This document shows, in pieces, positions 22,368 to 35,340 of a stretch of DNA of 64,000 nt. Numbering within the stretch: the stretch's first letter is position 1; every line of letters begins with the position of its first letter. This DNA is from Candidatus Aminicenantales bacterium (GTDB lineage: Bacteria > Acidobacteriota > Aminicenantia > Aminicenantales > UBA4085), in assembly GCA_049515535.1 (NCBI GenBank), contig JBEKTZ010000009.1, positions 1-64,000 of the forward strand, written 5' to 3'. A program made the position numbers and the translations under genes. The notes under the pieces were generated by a model. It searched no databases and was not told the origin of the DNA. It worked only from the letters and a program-made list of their open reading frames with translations.

Positions 22368-22793
22368 TCACATATCGACCACGACCTGGATGGACCAGCC
22401 GCCGCAGTTTTGCTCGATTTTCATCTCGTTATACGTGATCGCTTTGACGACGCCGAAGATATCGACGGAATTTTTCGCGTCGTCGCCCCGGAAGACGGCC
22501 TGAAGGCGGAACCCGCTCTCGTCTTTTTCGATCTTCATGTCCTCGACCGAGGCCAAAAGAAAATTCTTGGTCTCGAAAAGAAAGAGGATCTCCTCAAGAA
22601 ATTGATAAAGAAGCTGCTCGAGGTCGCGGCCCCGCGCCCGGACCGGAAAAGAGGCCGCGCTCCTGATGGGCAACCAATCCCACATCAACGAGGCCGTGGC
22701 CAGCGCAGCGTTGACGAACGCCTCCTCGAGCGTCGCGCCGAACGCCCGGAACTTGCCGTCCGCGGGGTGAGGGAGGATCCGGTATTTTTCCAT
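22368..22793 (-). CDS. Archease (start ATG 22793)
   Basis: Y...HPAD...AFGATLEEAF, VKAITY, VVDM; adjacent to rtcB. Confidence 0.9.
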   Translation of the reverse strand: MEKYRILPHPADGKFRAFGATLEEAFVNAALATASLMWDWLPIRSAASFPVRARGRDLEQLLYQFLEEILFLFETKNFLLASVEDMKIEKDESGFRLQAVFRGDDAKNSVDIFGVVKAITYNEMKIEQNCGGWSIQVVVDM

Positions 22794-23803
22794 CAGAAGA
22801 CGCCGGCGATCAGGCTCCCGCAATACGGGCACTTTCCGCCCCGGACGATGTTCTCGTCGACCATGAATCCGTGCCGCCGGATGACCGGCCTCTGACACTG
22901 CGGGCAGAGCGTGGAATCCCCTTCGCCCATGACGTTGCCGATATAGACATAGCGAAGGCCCGCTCTTTTGCCGACAGCGAACGCCCGGCGCAGCGTTTCG
23001 ACCGGCGTCGGCCGCGCCTCCGTATATCGATAATCCGGATGAAACCGGCTGATATGCCAGGGGATATCGGGATCGACGCCAGCGACGAACCCGGCGATAT
23101 CCTCGAGTTCCCGGTCTCCGTCATTGAGGCCGGGCACGACGAGCGTCGTAATCTCCATCCAGATTCCCAGCTTCTTCATCAAGCGGATGGAATCTAAAAC
23201 GGGGGCGAGCCTCGCCCGGCAGATCGTTTTATAGGTCTCCTCGCGGAAGGCTTTGAGATCCACGTTGGCCGCGTCCAAATAGGGTTTGATCGCCTCGAGG
23301 GCCTCGGCCGTGATGTAGCCGTTGGTCACGAAATGATTGGCCAGCCCGGCTTGTTTGGCGAGCTTGGCCGTGTCATAGGCGTATTCGAAGAAAATCGTCG
23401 GCTCGGTGTACGTATAAGAGACGCTCCGGCAGCCCTGCTTCAGGGCGTTACGGACCACGTCTTCGGGAGACAGAGGCTGCCCTCCGGCGCCGGCTTCGTT
23501 TTTCGGCGAGGACTGAGAGATCTCCCAATTCTGGCAAAAGGCGCAGCGGAAATTGCAGCCGACCGTCGCGATGGAGAACGCGGTCGTCCCCGGAAGAAAG
23601 TGAAAGAAGGGCTTTTTCTCGATCGGGTCCACGTGCGCGGCGATCACCTCTCCGTAAACATGGGTCTCGAGCCTGCCGCCGCGGTTTTCCCGAACGCCGC
23701 AGACGCCATATTTTCCCGGGGCGATCACGCACCGGTGGGCGCAGAGGGCGCAGACGACCGTCCCGTCCTCCCGGCGTTCGTAAAACATGGCCTCTTTGAT
23801 CAT
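22793..23803 (-). CDS. amrS: AmmeMemoRadiSam system radical SAM enzyme
   Basis: CALCAHRC, DPIEKKPF.HF.PG, GCNFRCAFCQNW, YTYTEP, C-terminal Zn ribbon. Confidence 0.92.
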   Translation of the reverse strand: MIKEAMFYERREDGTVVCALCAHRCVIAPGKYGVCGVRENRGGRLETHVYGEVIAAHVDPIEKKPFFHFLPGTTAFSIATVGCNFRCAFCQNWEISQSSPKNEAGAGGQPLSPEDVVRNALKQGCRSVSYTYTEPTIFFEYAYDTAKLAKQAGLANHFVTNGYITAEALEAIKPYLDAANVDLKAFREETYKTICRARLAPVLDSIRLMKKLGIWMEITTLVVPGLNDGDRELEDIAGFVAGVDPDIPWHISRFHPDYRYTEARPTPVETLRRAFAVGKRAGLRYVYIGNVMGEGDSTLCPQCQRPVIRRHGFMVDENIVRGGKCPYCGSLIAGVF

Positions 23804-23868
23804 ATTCCCCTATCGATCCCTTGACTGATCACAATTCCCTCAACCATTCCGGAAAGAGAGAGCCGGAT

Positions 23869-24510
23869 TCAGGCCTCCACCATCGCCGATGGGCAGAGTT
23901 CGGCGAGACGGCATTCCGGGCACTTGGGCTTGCGCGCCTGACATATCTTGCGGCCGTGGTTGACCAGCAGATAATTGAAATCGAGCCAGTGCTTTTCCGG
24001 GACGAGGCGAAGGAGGTTGCGCTCGATCTTATCCGGGTCCTCCTGCCGGCTCAACCCCAGGCGCCCCGACAGCCTTTTGACGTGGACGTCCACGGCGATC
24101 CCCTCGGCCTTCCCAAACCCCGCTGACAGGACGATATTGGCCGTCTTCCGTCCGACGCCGGGAAGAGTGACGAGTTCGGCCATGGTCTCCGGCACGCGCC
24201 CCTCGAAGTCACGGACGATCTTCGCCGAGGCGCCGATGATGCTCTTGGCCTTGTTGCGGAAGAATCCCGTCGGCCGGATGTCCCGTTCGAGCTCCGCGCG
24301 GTCGGCCTTGGCGAAGGCCTCGACCGTGGGATATTTTCTGAACAGGGCCGGCGTCAGCTTGTTGACCCGGTCGTCCGTGCACTGGGCGCTGAGGATCGTG
24401 GCGACGAGGATCTGGAACGGCGTCTCGAATTCAAGAGCGGTGCGACTTTGCGGGTATTCCTTCTCGAGGATCGCGATGATCTTGACGACACGCGCCTTCA
24501 CCGGTTCCAT
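23869..24510 (-). CDS. nth: Endonuclease III
   Basis: LSAQCTD, HhH LPGVGRKTAN, C-terminal Cx6Cx2Cx5C. Confidence 0.96.
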   Translation of the reverse strand: MEPVKARVVKIIAILEKEYPQSRTALEFETPFQILVATILSAQCTDDRVNKLTPALFRKYPTVEAFAKADRAELERDIRPTGFFRNKAKSIIGASAKIVRDFEGRVPETMAELVTLPGVGRKTANIVLSAGFGKAEGIAVDVHVKRLSGRLGLSRQEDPDKIERNLLRLVPEKHWLDFNYLLVNHGRKICQARKPKCPECRLAELCPSAMVEA

Positions 24511-24547
24511 CTTGACCTCCGAAACACCGCTTTAAAACCCGGACCGA

Positions 24548-25465
24548 TTATCGCCGGATCATCTTTTCGATGGCTCCCCGCGCCCTGTCGGCGATCTCCG
24601 GCGGGACCTCGACACGATGGACCATCTGGTCCAAAGCGGCATAGACCTTTCTCAGCGTGATTTTTTTCATGTTGGTGCAAAAGGCCATATCGTGGGCCGG
24701 GTAAAAAGCCTTGGCCGGATTCTCCTTCTTCAGCCGGTAGATGATCCCCGCTTCGGTCGCGATGATGATTTCCCTGGCTTCGGTCGACCGCGCTTCCGTG
24801 ACCATCTTGCCGGTGGAGAGGACTTTATCGGCCAAATCAATGACCTCGGGCCGGCATTCGGGATGGGCCCAGACGACGGCCTCGGGATACGTCTTTTTCT
24901 TCTCCCGAATGTCCCGGGCCAGAATGTTGTTGTGGACATAGCAGGTGCCGTCCCAGGGGATGATGATCTTGCTCGCCCGGCGGGCGACATAGGCCGCCAG
25001 ATTCTTGTCCGGCGCGAACAGGACCTCCCGTCCCGGCAGGCTTTCGACCACCTCGACCGCATTCGACGAGGTGCAGCAAATATCGCATTCGGCTTTGACC
25101 TCGGCCGATGTGTTGACGTAGCAGACGACAGGCCGGCCGGGGAATTTTTTTTTCCATTCGACGAGCTCCGCGGCCGTGATCATATCGGCCATGGGACAGC
25201 CCGCGTGGAGGTCGGGAATGAGGACGATCTTGCGGGGAGAGAGGATGGCCGCGGTTTCAGCCATGAAATGGACACCGCAGAAGACGATGATCTCCTGCTC
25301 CACGGCCGCCGCCTTCCGGCTCAACTCCAGGGAATCGCCGATGATATCGGCGATGTCCTGGATCTCTCCGATCTGGTAGTTGTGAGCGAGGATGACGGCG
25401 TTCCGCGCTTTCTTGAGCTCACGGATCTTTCGAGTGAGCGCTTCTTTGTCGAGATCCTCGATCAT
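24548..25465 (-). CDS. nadA: Quinolinate synthase
   Basis: ILAHNYQ, FCGVHFMAE, GCPMA, HPEC. Confidence 0.96.
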   Translation of the reverse strand: MIEDLDKEALTRKIRELKKARNAVILAHNYQIGEIQDIADIIGDSLELSRKAAAVEQEIIVFCGVHFMAETAAILSPRKIVLIPDLHAGCPMADMITAAELVEWKKKFPGRPVVCYVNTSAEVKAECDICCTSSNAVEVVESLPGREVLFAPDKNLAAYVARRASKIIIPWDGTCYVHNNILARDIREKKKTYPEAVVWAHPECRPEVIDLADKVLSTGKMVTEARSTEAREIIIATEAGIIYRLKKENPAKAFYPAHDMAFCTNMKKITLRKVYAALDQMVHRVEVPPEIADRARGAIEKMIRR

Positions 25466-25471
25466 CGCCGT

Positions 25472-26062
25472 TTATTTCGCGATCTTGGCGCCGCAGGCGA
25501 CGCAGTTTTTCTCGGCCCGGTTCGTGTACTTCCCGCATTCCGGGCACTCGACGAAATCGATGTCGCAGTGACGGCAGGAACAAATCTCTTGCATCCCTTC
25601 GAGTGGGCCGTCACAGTACGGACAATTGCACTCCTCGTCGTGATCGACGTGCGGCTCCGCCGGAGCCGCGGCCTCCGCGTCCCCGGCGCCGGCGCGGGTT
25701 TTCTTCCGGTAATCCTCGATCGCCTTGTGCAGGGCGTCCGCGCCCAGGTTCGAGCAGTGGAGTTTATTCTTCGGCAGGCCGCCCAGCTCCTCGGCCACCT
25801 TGTCGTTGGTGATGGCCTCGGCCTCCTCGAGCGTCTTGCCCATAGCCATCTCCGAGACTATGCTCGACACGGCAATGGCCGCGCCGCAGCCGAAGGTCTG
25901 GAATTTGATATCGGCCAAACGGCCGTCTTTGACCTTGATATAGAACGACATCATGTCGCCGCAAACGGGATTGCCGACCTGCCCGACGCCGTCGGCGTCG
26001 GGGATCACACCCACGTTCCGCGGATTCGAAAAATGGTCCATGACTTTATCGGAGTAGATCAT
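25472..26062 (-). CDS. iscU: Fe-S scaffold IscU/NifU N-domain with a C-terminal Cys-rich double zinc ribbon
   Basis: HFSNPRNVG, GNPVCGD, FGCGAAIA, LHCS plus multiple CxxC pairs. Confidence 0.9.
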   Translation of the reverse strand: MIYSDKVMDHFSNPRNVGVIPDADGVGQVGNPVCGDMMSFYIKVKDGRLADIKFQTFGCGAAIAVSSIVSEMAMGKTLEEAEAITNDKVAEELGGLPKNKLHCSNLGADALHKAIEDYRKKTRAGAGDAEAAAPAEPHVDHDEECNCPYCDGPLEGMQEICSCRHCDIDFVECPECGKYTNRAEKNCVACGAKIAK

Positions 26063-27240
26063 TTTTGACTCTCCTTGAGATAGTCCGTGTAAAGCGGAGA
26101 CATCTTCCGCAGCCGGTCGATGATCGGCGGGAAGACATCCAGCAGGTATTCGATGTCCTCGGCCGCCGTGCTTTCCAGCAGGCTGAAAACGAGCGAACCC
26201 TGGGCCAGGGCGTGATCCAGGCCCATAGCCAGGAGGACGTGGGAGGCCTTGAGCGTCTTGGACGTGCAGGCCGATCCACTCGACGCGGCGACGCCCTTCA
26301 TATCGAGGCTGAGGAGCATGGCTTCCCCCTCGACGAATTCGACGCAGAAGCTGGCCTGGTGAGGAAGCCGGTTCAGGGGGTGCCCGGTCAACACGACATG
26401 GCCGATTTTCCGAGGCAGCCCGTCGATGAGCCGGTCCCGCAGGCCGCGCGACGTCTCCGCCCGCTCGGTCAACCGGGCCGCGGCGATATCGGCGGCCTTG
26501 CCCAGGCCGACGATGGCAGGGACATTTTCCGTGCCGCCCCGGCGTCCGCCTTCTTGGACGCCGCCGTCGATCAAAGGCAGGACGCGCGTTCCTTTTTTCA
26601 GGAAAAGGGCGGCGCCGCCTTTCGGACCGTAGAATTGGTCGCCGGCCAGGCTCAGCGCGTCCACGCCCAGCGCTTTGACGTCAATGGGAATCTGGCCGGC
26701 GGCGGCGACGGCGTCGGTATGGACGGGCACACCGCGCGCTTTGGCGATCCGGGCGATCTCAGCCACGGGCTCGATCGTTCCGACCTCGGCGTTGGCCAGC
26801 ATGACCGAAACGAGGATCGTTTCCTTGGTCAGGACCTTAGCCACGTCGCCGGGATCGACGGTCCCGGTCTTGTCGACCGGAACGAGCGTTACGGCAAACC
26901 CCATTTTTTCCAGGCTCTTGGCCGCGTTGAGGACGGAATTGTGCTCGACCGCGGACAGGACGAGGTGCGTCCCTTTGTTCCGGCCGGCGAGGGCCAACCC
27001 CTTAACGGCCAGGTTGTTCGCTTCCGAACCGCTCGCCGTGAAAACGATCTCGGCGGCGGACGCGTTGACCAGGCGGGCCACGCTCTCCCGCGCCTCTTCG
27101 ACGGCTCCGAGAGCGACTTGGCCGGCCTCATGAAGGCTCTGCGGATTCCCGAAACGCTCTTTCAAAAAAGGCAGCATGGCCTCGAGGGCTTCAGGGAGGA
27201 GGGGCGTCCCCGCAATGTGATCGAGATAAACGCGTTTCAT
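26059..27240 (-). CDS. iscS: Cysteine desulfurase (start ATG 27240)
   Basis: YLDHIAGTP, FTASGSEAN, HTDAV, QFYGPKG, SSGSACTS. Confidence 0.93.
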   Translation of the reverse strand: MKRVYLDHIAGTPLLPEALEAMLPFLKERFGNPQSLHEAGQVALGAVEEARESVARLVNASAAEIVFTASGSEANNLAVKGLALAGRNKGTHLVLSAVEHNSVLNAAKSLEKMGFAVTLVPVDKTGTVDPGDVAKVLTKETILVSVMLANAEVGTIEPVAEIARIAKARGVPVHTDAVAAAGQIPIDVKALGVDALSLAGDQFYGPKGGAALFLKKGTRVLPLIDGGVQEGGRRGGTENVPAIVGLGKAADIAAARLTERAETSRGLRDRLIDGLPRKIGHVVLTGHPLNRLPHQASFCVEFVEGEAMLLSLDMKGVAASSGSACTSKTLKASHVLLAMGLDHALAQGSLVFSLLESTAAEDIEYLLDVFPPIIDRLRKMSPLYTDYLKESQK

Positions 27241-27302
27241 TTCCGCTCCCGAAAAACGGGGACGCGGCCCGAATTCTCGAATTCGGACATGTCCCCCTTG
27301 AA

Positions 27303-27524
27303 TTACAGGGCGATGACTTCCTTGACTTCGGGGACTTCTTTCTTCAGGATCCGTTCGATCCCCATCTTGAGCGTCAGCTGGGACATCGGGCACCCGCCGC
27401 AGGCGCCGGTCAGTCTCACTTTCACGACGCCGTTCTTATCCACCTCGACAAGCTCGACGTTTCCGCCGTCGGCGATGAGCGCCGGCCGGACTTTATTCAA
27501 AGCGGCTTCAACTTTTTCCTTCAT
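27303..27524 (-). CDS. Nfu-type Fe-S carrier
   Basis: [14 protein letters not shown]...GACGGCPMS. Confidence 0.92.
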   Translation of the reverse strand: MKEKVEAALNKVRPALIADGGNVELVEVDKNGVVKVRLTGACGGCPMSQLTLKMGIERILKKEVPEVKEVIAL

Positions 27525-27630
27525 GGGCGACTCCTTCAGGTCGATCTTAAAAGACCATTATATAGGAAACTCCGGCCGTTTTCCAGGCTTTACTATATTA
27601 TTCCTATAATGTTAGTGTAATCTGCCCGTG

Positions 27631-29718
27631 TCAAGAGCATTTGTTCCAACCGCAGTTCGGGCACGTCGGGCACTTCTCGTCCGGGAGCGTCGCCCCGCAC
27701 TGCCGGCAGGCGGACTGGTAGAGGTCCTTGATATTGTTCTTGACCTCTCCGAAATGGCGCTCCAGGACCTTGGCGATCGCGTCCGGGATCGAGGTCACCA
27801 GCCCCCCTTCCGTGAAAATCGGTTCGGAGCCGCCGATCCCCTTCAGTTGATTGACGAGCTCCTTCGGATCCACGCCGCTCCTCAGGGCCAGGGACACGAG
27901 CCGCCCGATCGCTTCGGCGTCGGCCATCGTGGTGTAGCCGCTCTTGCCGATGCTGGCGAACACCTCGAACGGCTTCTGATTAAAGTAGGAAATGGTCACA
28001 TACAGGTTCCCGAATCCCGTCTTGATCTTGTCCGTGACCGAGGTCAGCGTGTCCGGCCGTTCCTGCGGCAGTCGTTTTTCGGCCGGGGCCGTCTTGGTCA
28101 GGACCTGGTCCTCGCGGCAACCGTCCCGATAGATCGTGATGCCTTTGGTGCCCAGGTCGTAGGCCATCAGGTACGCTTTTTCCACGTCTTTGAGCGTGGC
28201 TTCGTGCGGCAGGTTGATGGTCTTGGATACCGCGTTGTCCACATTTTTCTGGAGGGCCGCCTGTATCCGGATGTGCCCTTCGGGCGCGATATCGTGGGCC
28301 GTGACGAAATAGGCCGGGGGCTTTTTCCCCGGGTTCCGGCCTTTCCATTCCTCGTAGAGCGGATGGAAATCCTTGATCTCCGCGTCGATGATATGGGACG
28401 TGAATTCGAAGGCGAAGACGGGCTCGATGCTCGATGAACATCCGGCGATCCGGGAGATCGTCCCTGTCGGGGCGATCGTGATGACCGTGGCGTTCCTCAT
28501 CTTCGAGCCCTTGTACACGGATCGGCCGATGTTTGGAAAGTTCCCGCGAACCGCGGCCAGCTTCCGCGACTCGGCCGCGGCCGTTGTCCTCAAAAAGGAC
28601 GACAGCTTTTCGGCGAAGGCCAGGGCTTCGGGCGCGTCGTAAGAGAGCTTCATCCTGATCAGGAGGTCGGCCCAGCCCATGATGCCGAGCCCGATCCGGC
28701 GATTGCCCATCGACATGGCCTCGATCTCGGGCAGCGGATATTTATTGACGTCGATGACATCGTCGAGGAAGCGGACCGCGATTCCGATCACGGCCCCGAA
28801 CCGGTCCCAATCGAACGCATCTTTCTGTCCCGCCGTGAAGAAATTCGCGACGTTGATCGAGCCGAGATTGCACGATTCATAGGCATGGAGCGGCTGTTCG
28901 CCGCAGGGATTCGTCGCGTCGATCGTTCCCAGGCCCTTGGTCGGGTTGTCCCGATTGATGCGGTCGATGAAGATGAGGCCGGGGTCTCCTCCGGCCCAGG
29001 CCGATTCGACGATCATCCGGAAGATCTTGCGGGCATCCTTCCGGTCGACGACTTTCTTCTTGTACGGATTATAAACGGCATAGAAGGTCCCTTTCTTGAC
29101 GGCTTCCATGAAAGCGTCCGTGGCGGCGACCGAGATGTTAAAATTTCCCAGGGTCTTGCCGTCCTTCTTCATCAGGATGAACTCCTCGATGTCGGGATGG
29201 TCGGCCCGGAGGATACCCATGTTGGCTCCCCGGCGCGTTCCGCCCTGCTTCACGGCCTCCGTCGCGGCGTCGATGACCTTTAAAAACGAGATCGGACCGG
29301 AGGCGACGCCCTGTGTCCGCTGAACGAAGCTTCCTTTCGGCCGGAGCCGGCTGAAATCGAAGCCTGTCCCGCCCCCTTCCTTATGGACGAGCGCGGCGTT
29401 CTTGACCGTTCCGAAAATGGACTCCATCGAATCTTCGATCGGGAGGACGAAACAGGCGCTCAGGCACATCCCCCGCCCGGCGCCGGTGAGAGTGGGACTG
29501 TTCGGCAAGAAGTCGCGGGCCATCATGACGTCGAAAAACTTCCGGGTCCACGTCTGCCTGTCCTTGGCGCTTTTTTCGGCCCCGGCGACGATCGTGGCCA
29601 CTCTCCGGAACAGGTCGGACGGCGATTTGTCCAGGAAATCGCCTTTCTCGTTCTTCAAAAAGTAGCGGGCCTTCAGAATCCGCATCGCGTTCGGGGAGAA
29701 ACCCTGGGAATCGCTCAT
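27631..29718 (-). CDS. nrdJ: Class II (B12-dependent) ribonucleotide reductase (start ATG 29718)
   Basis: PNSPTL, SACFV, NPCGEQPL, IAPTGTIS, C-terminal TSIPD domain and Zn ribbon. Confidence 0.95.
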   Translation of the reverse strand: MSDSQGFSPNAMRILKARYFLKNEKGDFLDKSPSDLFRRVATIVAGAEKSAKDRQTWTRKFFDVMMARDFLPNSPTLTGAGRGMCLSACFVLPIEDSMESIFGTVKNAALVHKEGGGTGFDFSRLRPKGSFVQRTQGVASGPISFLKVIDAATEAVKQGGTRRGANMGILRADHPDIEEFILMKKDGKTLGNFNISVAATDAFMEAVKKGTFYAVYNPYKKKVVDRKDARKIFRMIVESAWAGGDPGLIFIDRINRDNPTKGLGTIDATNPCGEQPLHAYESCNLGSINVANFFTAGQKDAFDWDRFGAVIGIAVRFLDDVIDVNKYPLPEIEAMSMGNRRIGLGIMGWADLLIRMKLSYDAPEALAFAEKLSSFLRTTAAAESRKLAAVRGNFPNIGRSVYKGSKMRNATVITIAPTGTISRIAGCSSSIEPVFAFEFTSHIIDAEIKDFHPLYEEWKGRNPGKKPPAYFVTAHDIAPEGHIRIQAALQKNVDNAVSKTINLPHEATLKDVEKAYLMAYDLGTKGITIYRDGCREDQVLTKTAPAEKRLPQERPDTLTSVTDKIKTGFGNLYVTISYFNQKPFEVFASIGKSGYTTMADAEAIGRLVSLALRSGVDPKELVNQLKGIGGSEPIFTEGGLVTSIPDAIAKVLERHFGEVKNNIKDLYQSACRQCGATLPDEKCPTCPNCGWNKCS

Positions 29719-29845
29719 GTCCGGTCCTTTCGTCTCTTCCTGTCTTATCGAATTTATAGTAATAGTATGATATAACAAAGGACGCTTTTTTAAAAGGGGT
29801 TTTTCGGATTTTAGGCCGTGGCTTTCCCGTCCGAACTCGGGCTTA

Positions 29846-31000
29846 TCAAACGACGATCCTGGGGATTTCCGGGTTGATCCTGGCCAGAATCTCATAGCTG
29901 ATCGTGCCGGCCAGCGAGGCCAGGTTTTCCGCGGTGATGACCTCCCGGCCGTCCCTTCCGATGAGCGTCACTTCGTCCTCGAGCCTGACGCCCGGGATGT
30001 CCGTGACGTCGGCCATGAAGAAATCCATCGCCACCCGACCCCGCACCGCGGCCCGCTTTCCACGGACGAGGACATAGGCCGCGTTGGACAGACTCCGGCC
30101 GTAGCCGTCGTAATAGCCGACGGGAACGACCGCCAGGCGCGCGGGCCGGGTCGTCCGGTACGTGCAGCCGTATCCGACGAACACCCCTTTCGGGACCGGT
30201 TTGATTTGGGCGATCCTGGCCCGCCAGGATAAGACGGGCCGCAGCTCGAGCGGCTCGCGCTTCTGGAGCCGGCAGGAGAGAAACGTCTCCTTCGACGGCC
30301 ACAACCCGTACATCCCGATGCCGACGCGGATCATGTCGAAATACGTCGCGGGGAACAGGATCGAAGAGGCCGTGCAGGACATGTGCTTGAACGGGATTTC
30401 GATCCCGTTCCGCCGCAGCCGTTCGATCGCCGCGACGAAATTCTTCAACTGAAATTCAGGATAGGCGGACGACGTGGTGTCCTCGATATTGGCGAAATGC
30501 GAGGACAATCCTTCGAGGACCAGACCCGGTTGTCTCTGGATCCCCCGGACGAAACGCGGCAGGTCATCGGCCCAGACCCCCTGGCGGTGGGTTCCGGTTT
30601 CGACTTTGAGATGGACGTAGGCGGTGACTTTCATTTTGCGCGCGAGCCGGCCGAGGGCCTCGACCGTTTCCCGATTATAGACCGTGAGGCGAAGGTCAAG
30701 ACGGAGGGCCTCTTCAAGCTCGTAGGACAGCGAGGCCCCGAGGACGAGGATGGGGACGCCGAGACCTAGTCGGCGAAGACGTTTCCCTTCTTCGATCGTG
30801 TTCACGCCGAGCCAATCCGCGCCGGCGCGCACGATAATGGGTGAAACCTCGCGAAGGCCGTGGCCGTAGGCATTGGCCTTGACGACGGCCATGAGTTTCC
30901 CGTCCCGCCCGATGAGTTTCCGGAACTGGCGGAGATTGTGGACGAGCGCCCGGCGCTCAATCTCGATCCACTGCGTGAAATTTCCGCTCTTCGTTGTCAT
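29846..31000 (-). CDS. alr: Alanine racemase
   Basis: AVVKANAYGHG, VGYYDG, GRVAMD. Confidence 0.96.
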   Translation of the reverse strand: MTTKSGNFTQWIEIERRALVHNLRQFRKLIGRDGKLMAVVKANAYGHGLREVSPIIVRAGADWLGVNTIEEGKRLRRLGLGVPILVLGASLSYELEEALRLDLRLTVYNRETVEALGRLARKMKVTAYVHLKVETGTHRQGVWADDLPRFVRGIQRQPGLVLEGLSSHFANIEDTTSSAYPEFQLKNFVAAIERLRRNGIEIPFKHMSCTASSILFPATYFDMIRVGIGMYGLWPSKETFLSCRLQKREPLELRPVLSWRARIAQIKPVPKGVFVGYGCTYRTTRPARLAVVPVGYYDGYGRSLSNAAYVLVRGKRAAVRGRVAMDFFMADVTDIPGVRLEDEVTLIGRDGREVITAENLASLAGTISYEILARINPEIPRIVV

Positions 31001-31027
31001 GATGGTCGGCGAGAATCCGATCTCGGC

Positions 31028-33383
<2,356 letters not shown>

Positions 33384-33387
<4 letters not shown>

Positions 33388-34586
33388 AAGAGGGAAAAAT
33401 CGAACGTTTCTTCAAAAATATCGCGTTTCCATTTTTCGACGTTCATCTTCTGGGCGACCGCGCGGGAAATGCCGTTGACGCCGTTCTTCGTTCCCATCCA
33501 GATCGCTCCGACCAACGTGTCGTCCTTGAGGACGATCTTTTTATAAATTCCTTCCTCCGGTTTCTCGAATCGGACCTCCTCATACCCGCCGCCCTCGGGG
33601 TTCGCGAGCCCGATCGACGTCAGATGGATCCCCATGACCTTGAGGGTGCTGGAAGGGATCGTGCCCTGGTATTTCGTTTTTTGGCCGAGAATGTTGGCCG
33701 CGACGATCCGGGCCTGATCGAACGAAGCGGGGATGATTCCGTAGACGCGGCCGGCGTGCTGGACGCCGTCGCCGGCGGCATAGATACCGGGCTTGTCCGT
33801 CTCCAGAAAATCATTGACGAGGACGCCGCGATCCGTCTGGAGACCCGCTTCGCGGGCGAGATTCAAGCTCGGCCGGACTCCGGCCGCGACGACGGCCAGA
33901 TCGGCCGGGATTTCTTCGCCGCCCTTGAACCGGAGCCCGCGAATGTCGGCCTCGCCGATGATCTCTTCGGTGACGACGCCGAGGCGGACGCGGATCCCCA
34001 ACTTCGCGATTTCGCTCTTGAGAATCGCACCGCCCTGCGGATCGAGCTGCCGCGGCAGGAGCTGAGGGAAGACCTCGGCGACTTCGACGTCCGCGCCCCG
34101 CGACTTCAAGGCGCGCGCGGTCTCCAGGCCCAGGAGCCCGCCCCCCAGGACCGTCGCCCGCGGATGGTCTTTCAGATGCTCGATGATCCGCAGAGCGTCG
34201 TCGAGCGTCCGGAGGGTGAACACGCCGTTCTTGTCGGCGCCCTTGATCGGCGGGACGAACGACGACGCGCCGCCGGCTAAAAGCAAAATGTCATAGGCGA
34301 CGCGGAGGCCGCCTTGAATTTCGATCTCCCGCGAGTCGGGAAGGATACGCTTCGCCGGCGTGGCGAGCCGGAGGCCGATCCGCTGCTGCCCGTACCACCG
34401 CTCGGTAAACGCGAACAGCCGCGCCAGCGGCAGGTTCCCGGCTATGAATTCGATCAGGTTGGGCCGGGGGTAGTAGATATATTTCTCCTCGGCGTAAATC
34501 TCGATCGCCGACGCATTGTCCATCTCGCGCAGAGTCTTGGCCGCAATCGTTCCGGCGAGGCCGTTTCCGATAATGACGATCTTCAT
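33384..34586 (-). CDS. FAD-dependent NAD(P)H:rubredoxin oxidoreductase-like protein
   Basis: GNGLAG, GGGLLGLE, YAAGD; downstream of rubredoxin. Confidence 0.85.
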
Positions 34587-34630
34587 GGTCCATCATCCGG
34601 CGTCGGTCCGAGATCCGACGCCGATCTTGA

Positions 34631-34789
34631 TCATATCTTCTGGAAAAACTCTTTTCCGACGCCGCACTGCGGGCAGACCCAATCGTCCGGCAGATCCTCG
34701 AAGGCGATGCCGGGGGCGATCCCGTTTTCCTGGTCGCCGACCGCGGGGTCGTATACGTATCCGCAGGCTGTGCATTCATATTTTTCCAT
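34631..34789 (-). CDS. Rubredoxin (52 aa)
   Basis: [19 protein letters not shown]...[26 protein letters not shown]; not in the ORF track. Confidence 0.95.
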   Translation of the reverse strand: MEKYECTACGYVYDPAVGDQENGIAPGIAFEDLPDDWVCPQCGVGKEFFQKI

Positions 34790-34809
34790 GACGGGCTCCT
34801 TTCCCAAAT

Positions 34810-35286
34810 TCAGTTTTCCTGAAGGACGTATTTTTCATATTCCTGTTCGAGCTTCAGCTTATGCGCTTTCTCCTGCTGGCTCAGGAACTGGAACAGCCGC
34901 TTGTGTTCGGCGGCTGTCGATCGGCTCAGGAGAAGCGCATAGAGCTCGGCCGCCTTGGCTTCTTTCCTGGCCGCGAAAATCAGGACGTCCTGGGCCCGGC
35001 TCGACGCGGTCATGGGCTCCTCGACTAGATAGTCGCTGAGCTTGAGGTCCGTCACCGCGCGGCCCAGGAGAGGCAGCCGTTTCCCTTCGGCGGTCTCCTG
35101 GAGAAGCTTTTTATGACCGAATTCTTCAGCCTGGAGCTCGAGGAAGAGCGCCCTCAAACCGGTGTCGGCCGCTTGACCGGCCCATTCGCCGTAAGCACGG
35201 GCGGCATCCTCTTCGCGCCGGATGGCGAAGGCGATGACATCCGCCAGTGTCCGGAACGTCGAGCCTTTGACCCGTTTTTCAGCCAC
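34810..35286 (-). CDS. Rubrerythrin-like ferritin-fold protein
   Basis: AIRREE, E.EE.GH and QEKAH diiron-type motifs. Confidence 0.85.
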   Translation of the reverse strand: MAEKRVKGSTFRTLADVIAFAIRREEDAARAYGEWAGQAADTGLRALFLELQAEEFGHKKLLQETAEGKRLPLLGRAVTDLKLSDYLVEEPMTASSRAQDVLIFAARKEAKAAELYALLLSRSTAAEHKRLFQFLSQQEKAHKLKLEQEYEKYVLQEN

Positions 35287-35340
35287 GATATTTCTTCCTT
35301 CGATCGTTTCTTTGTTGAAGAATTCCCGTTCGCATCAAGG

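Noticed and set aside
29720..29845. NrdR box or cobalamin riboswitch upstream of nrdJ
   Set aside because: Only a weak AT-rich resemblance; too short and unstructured for a B12 riboswitch.
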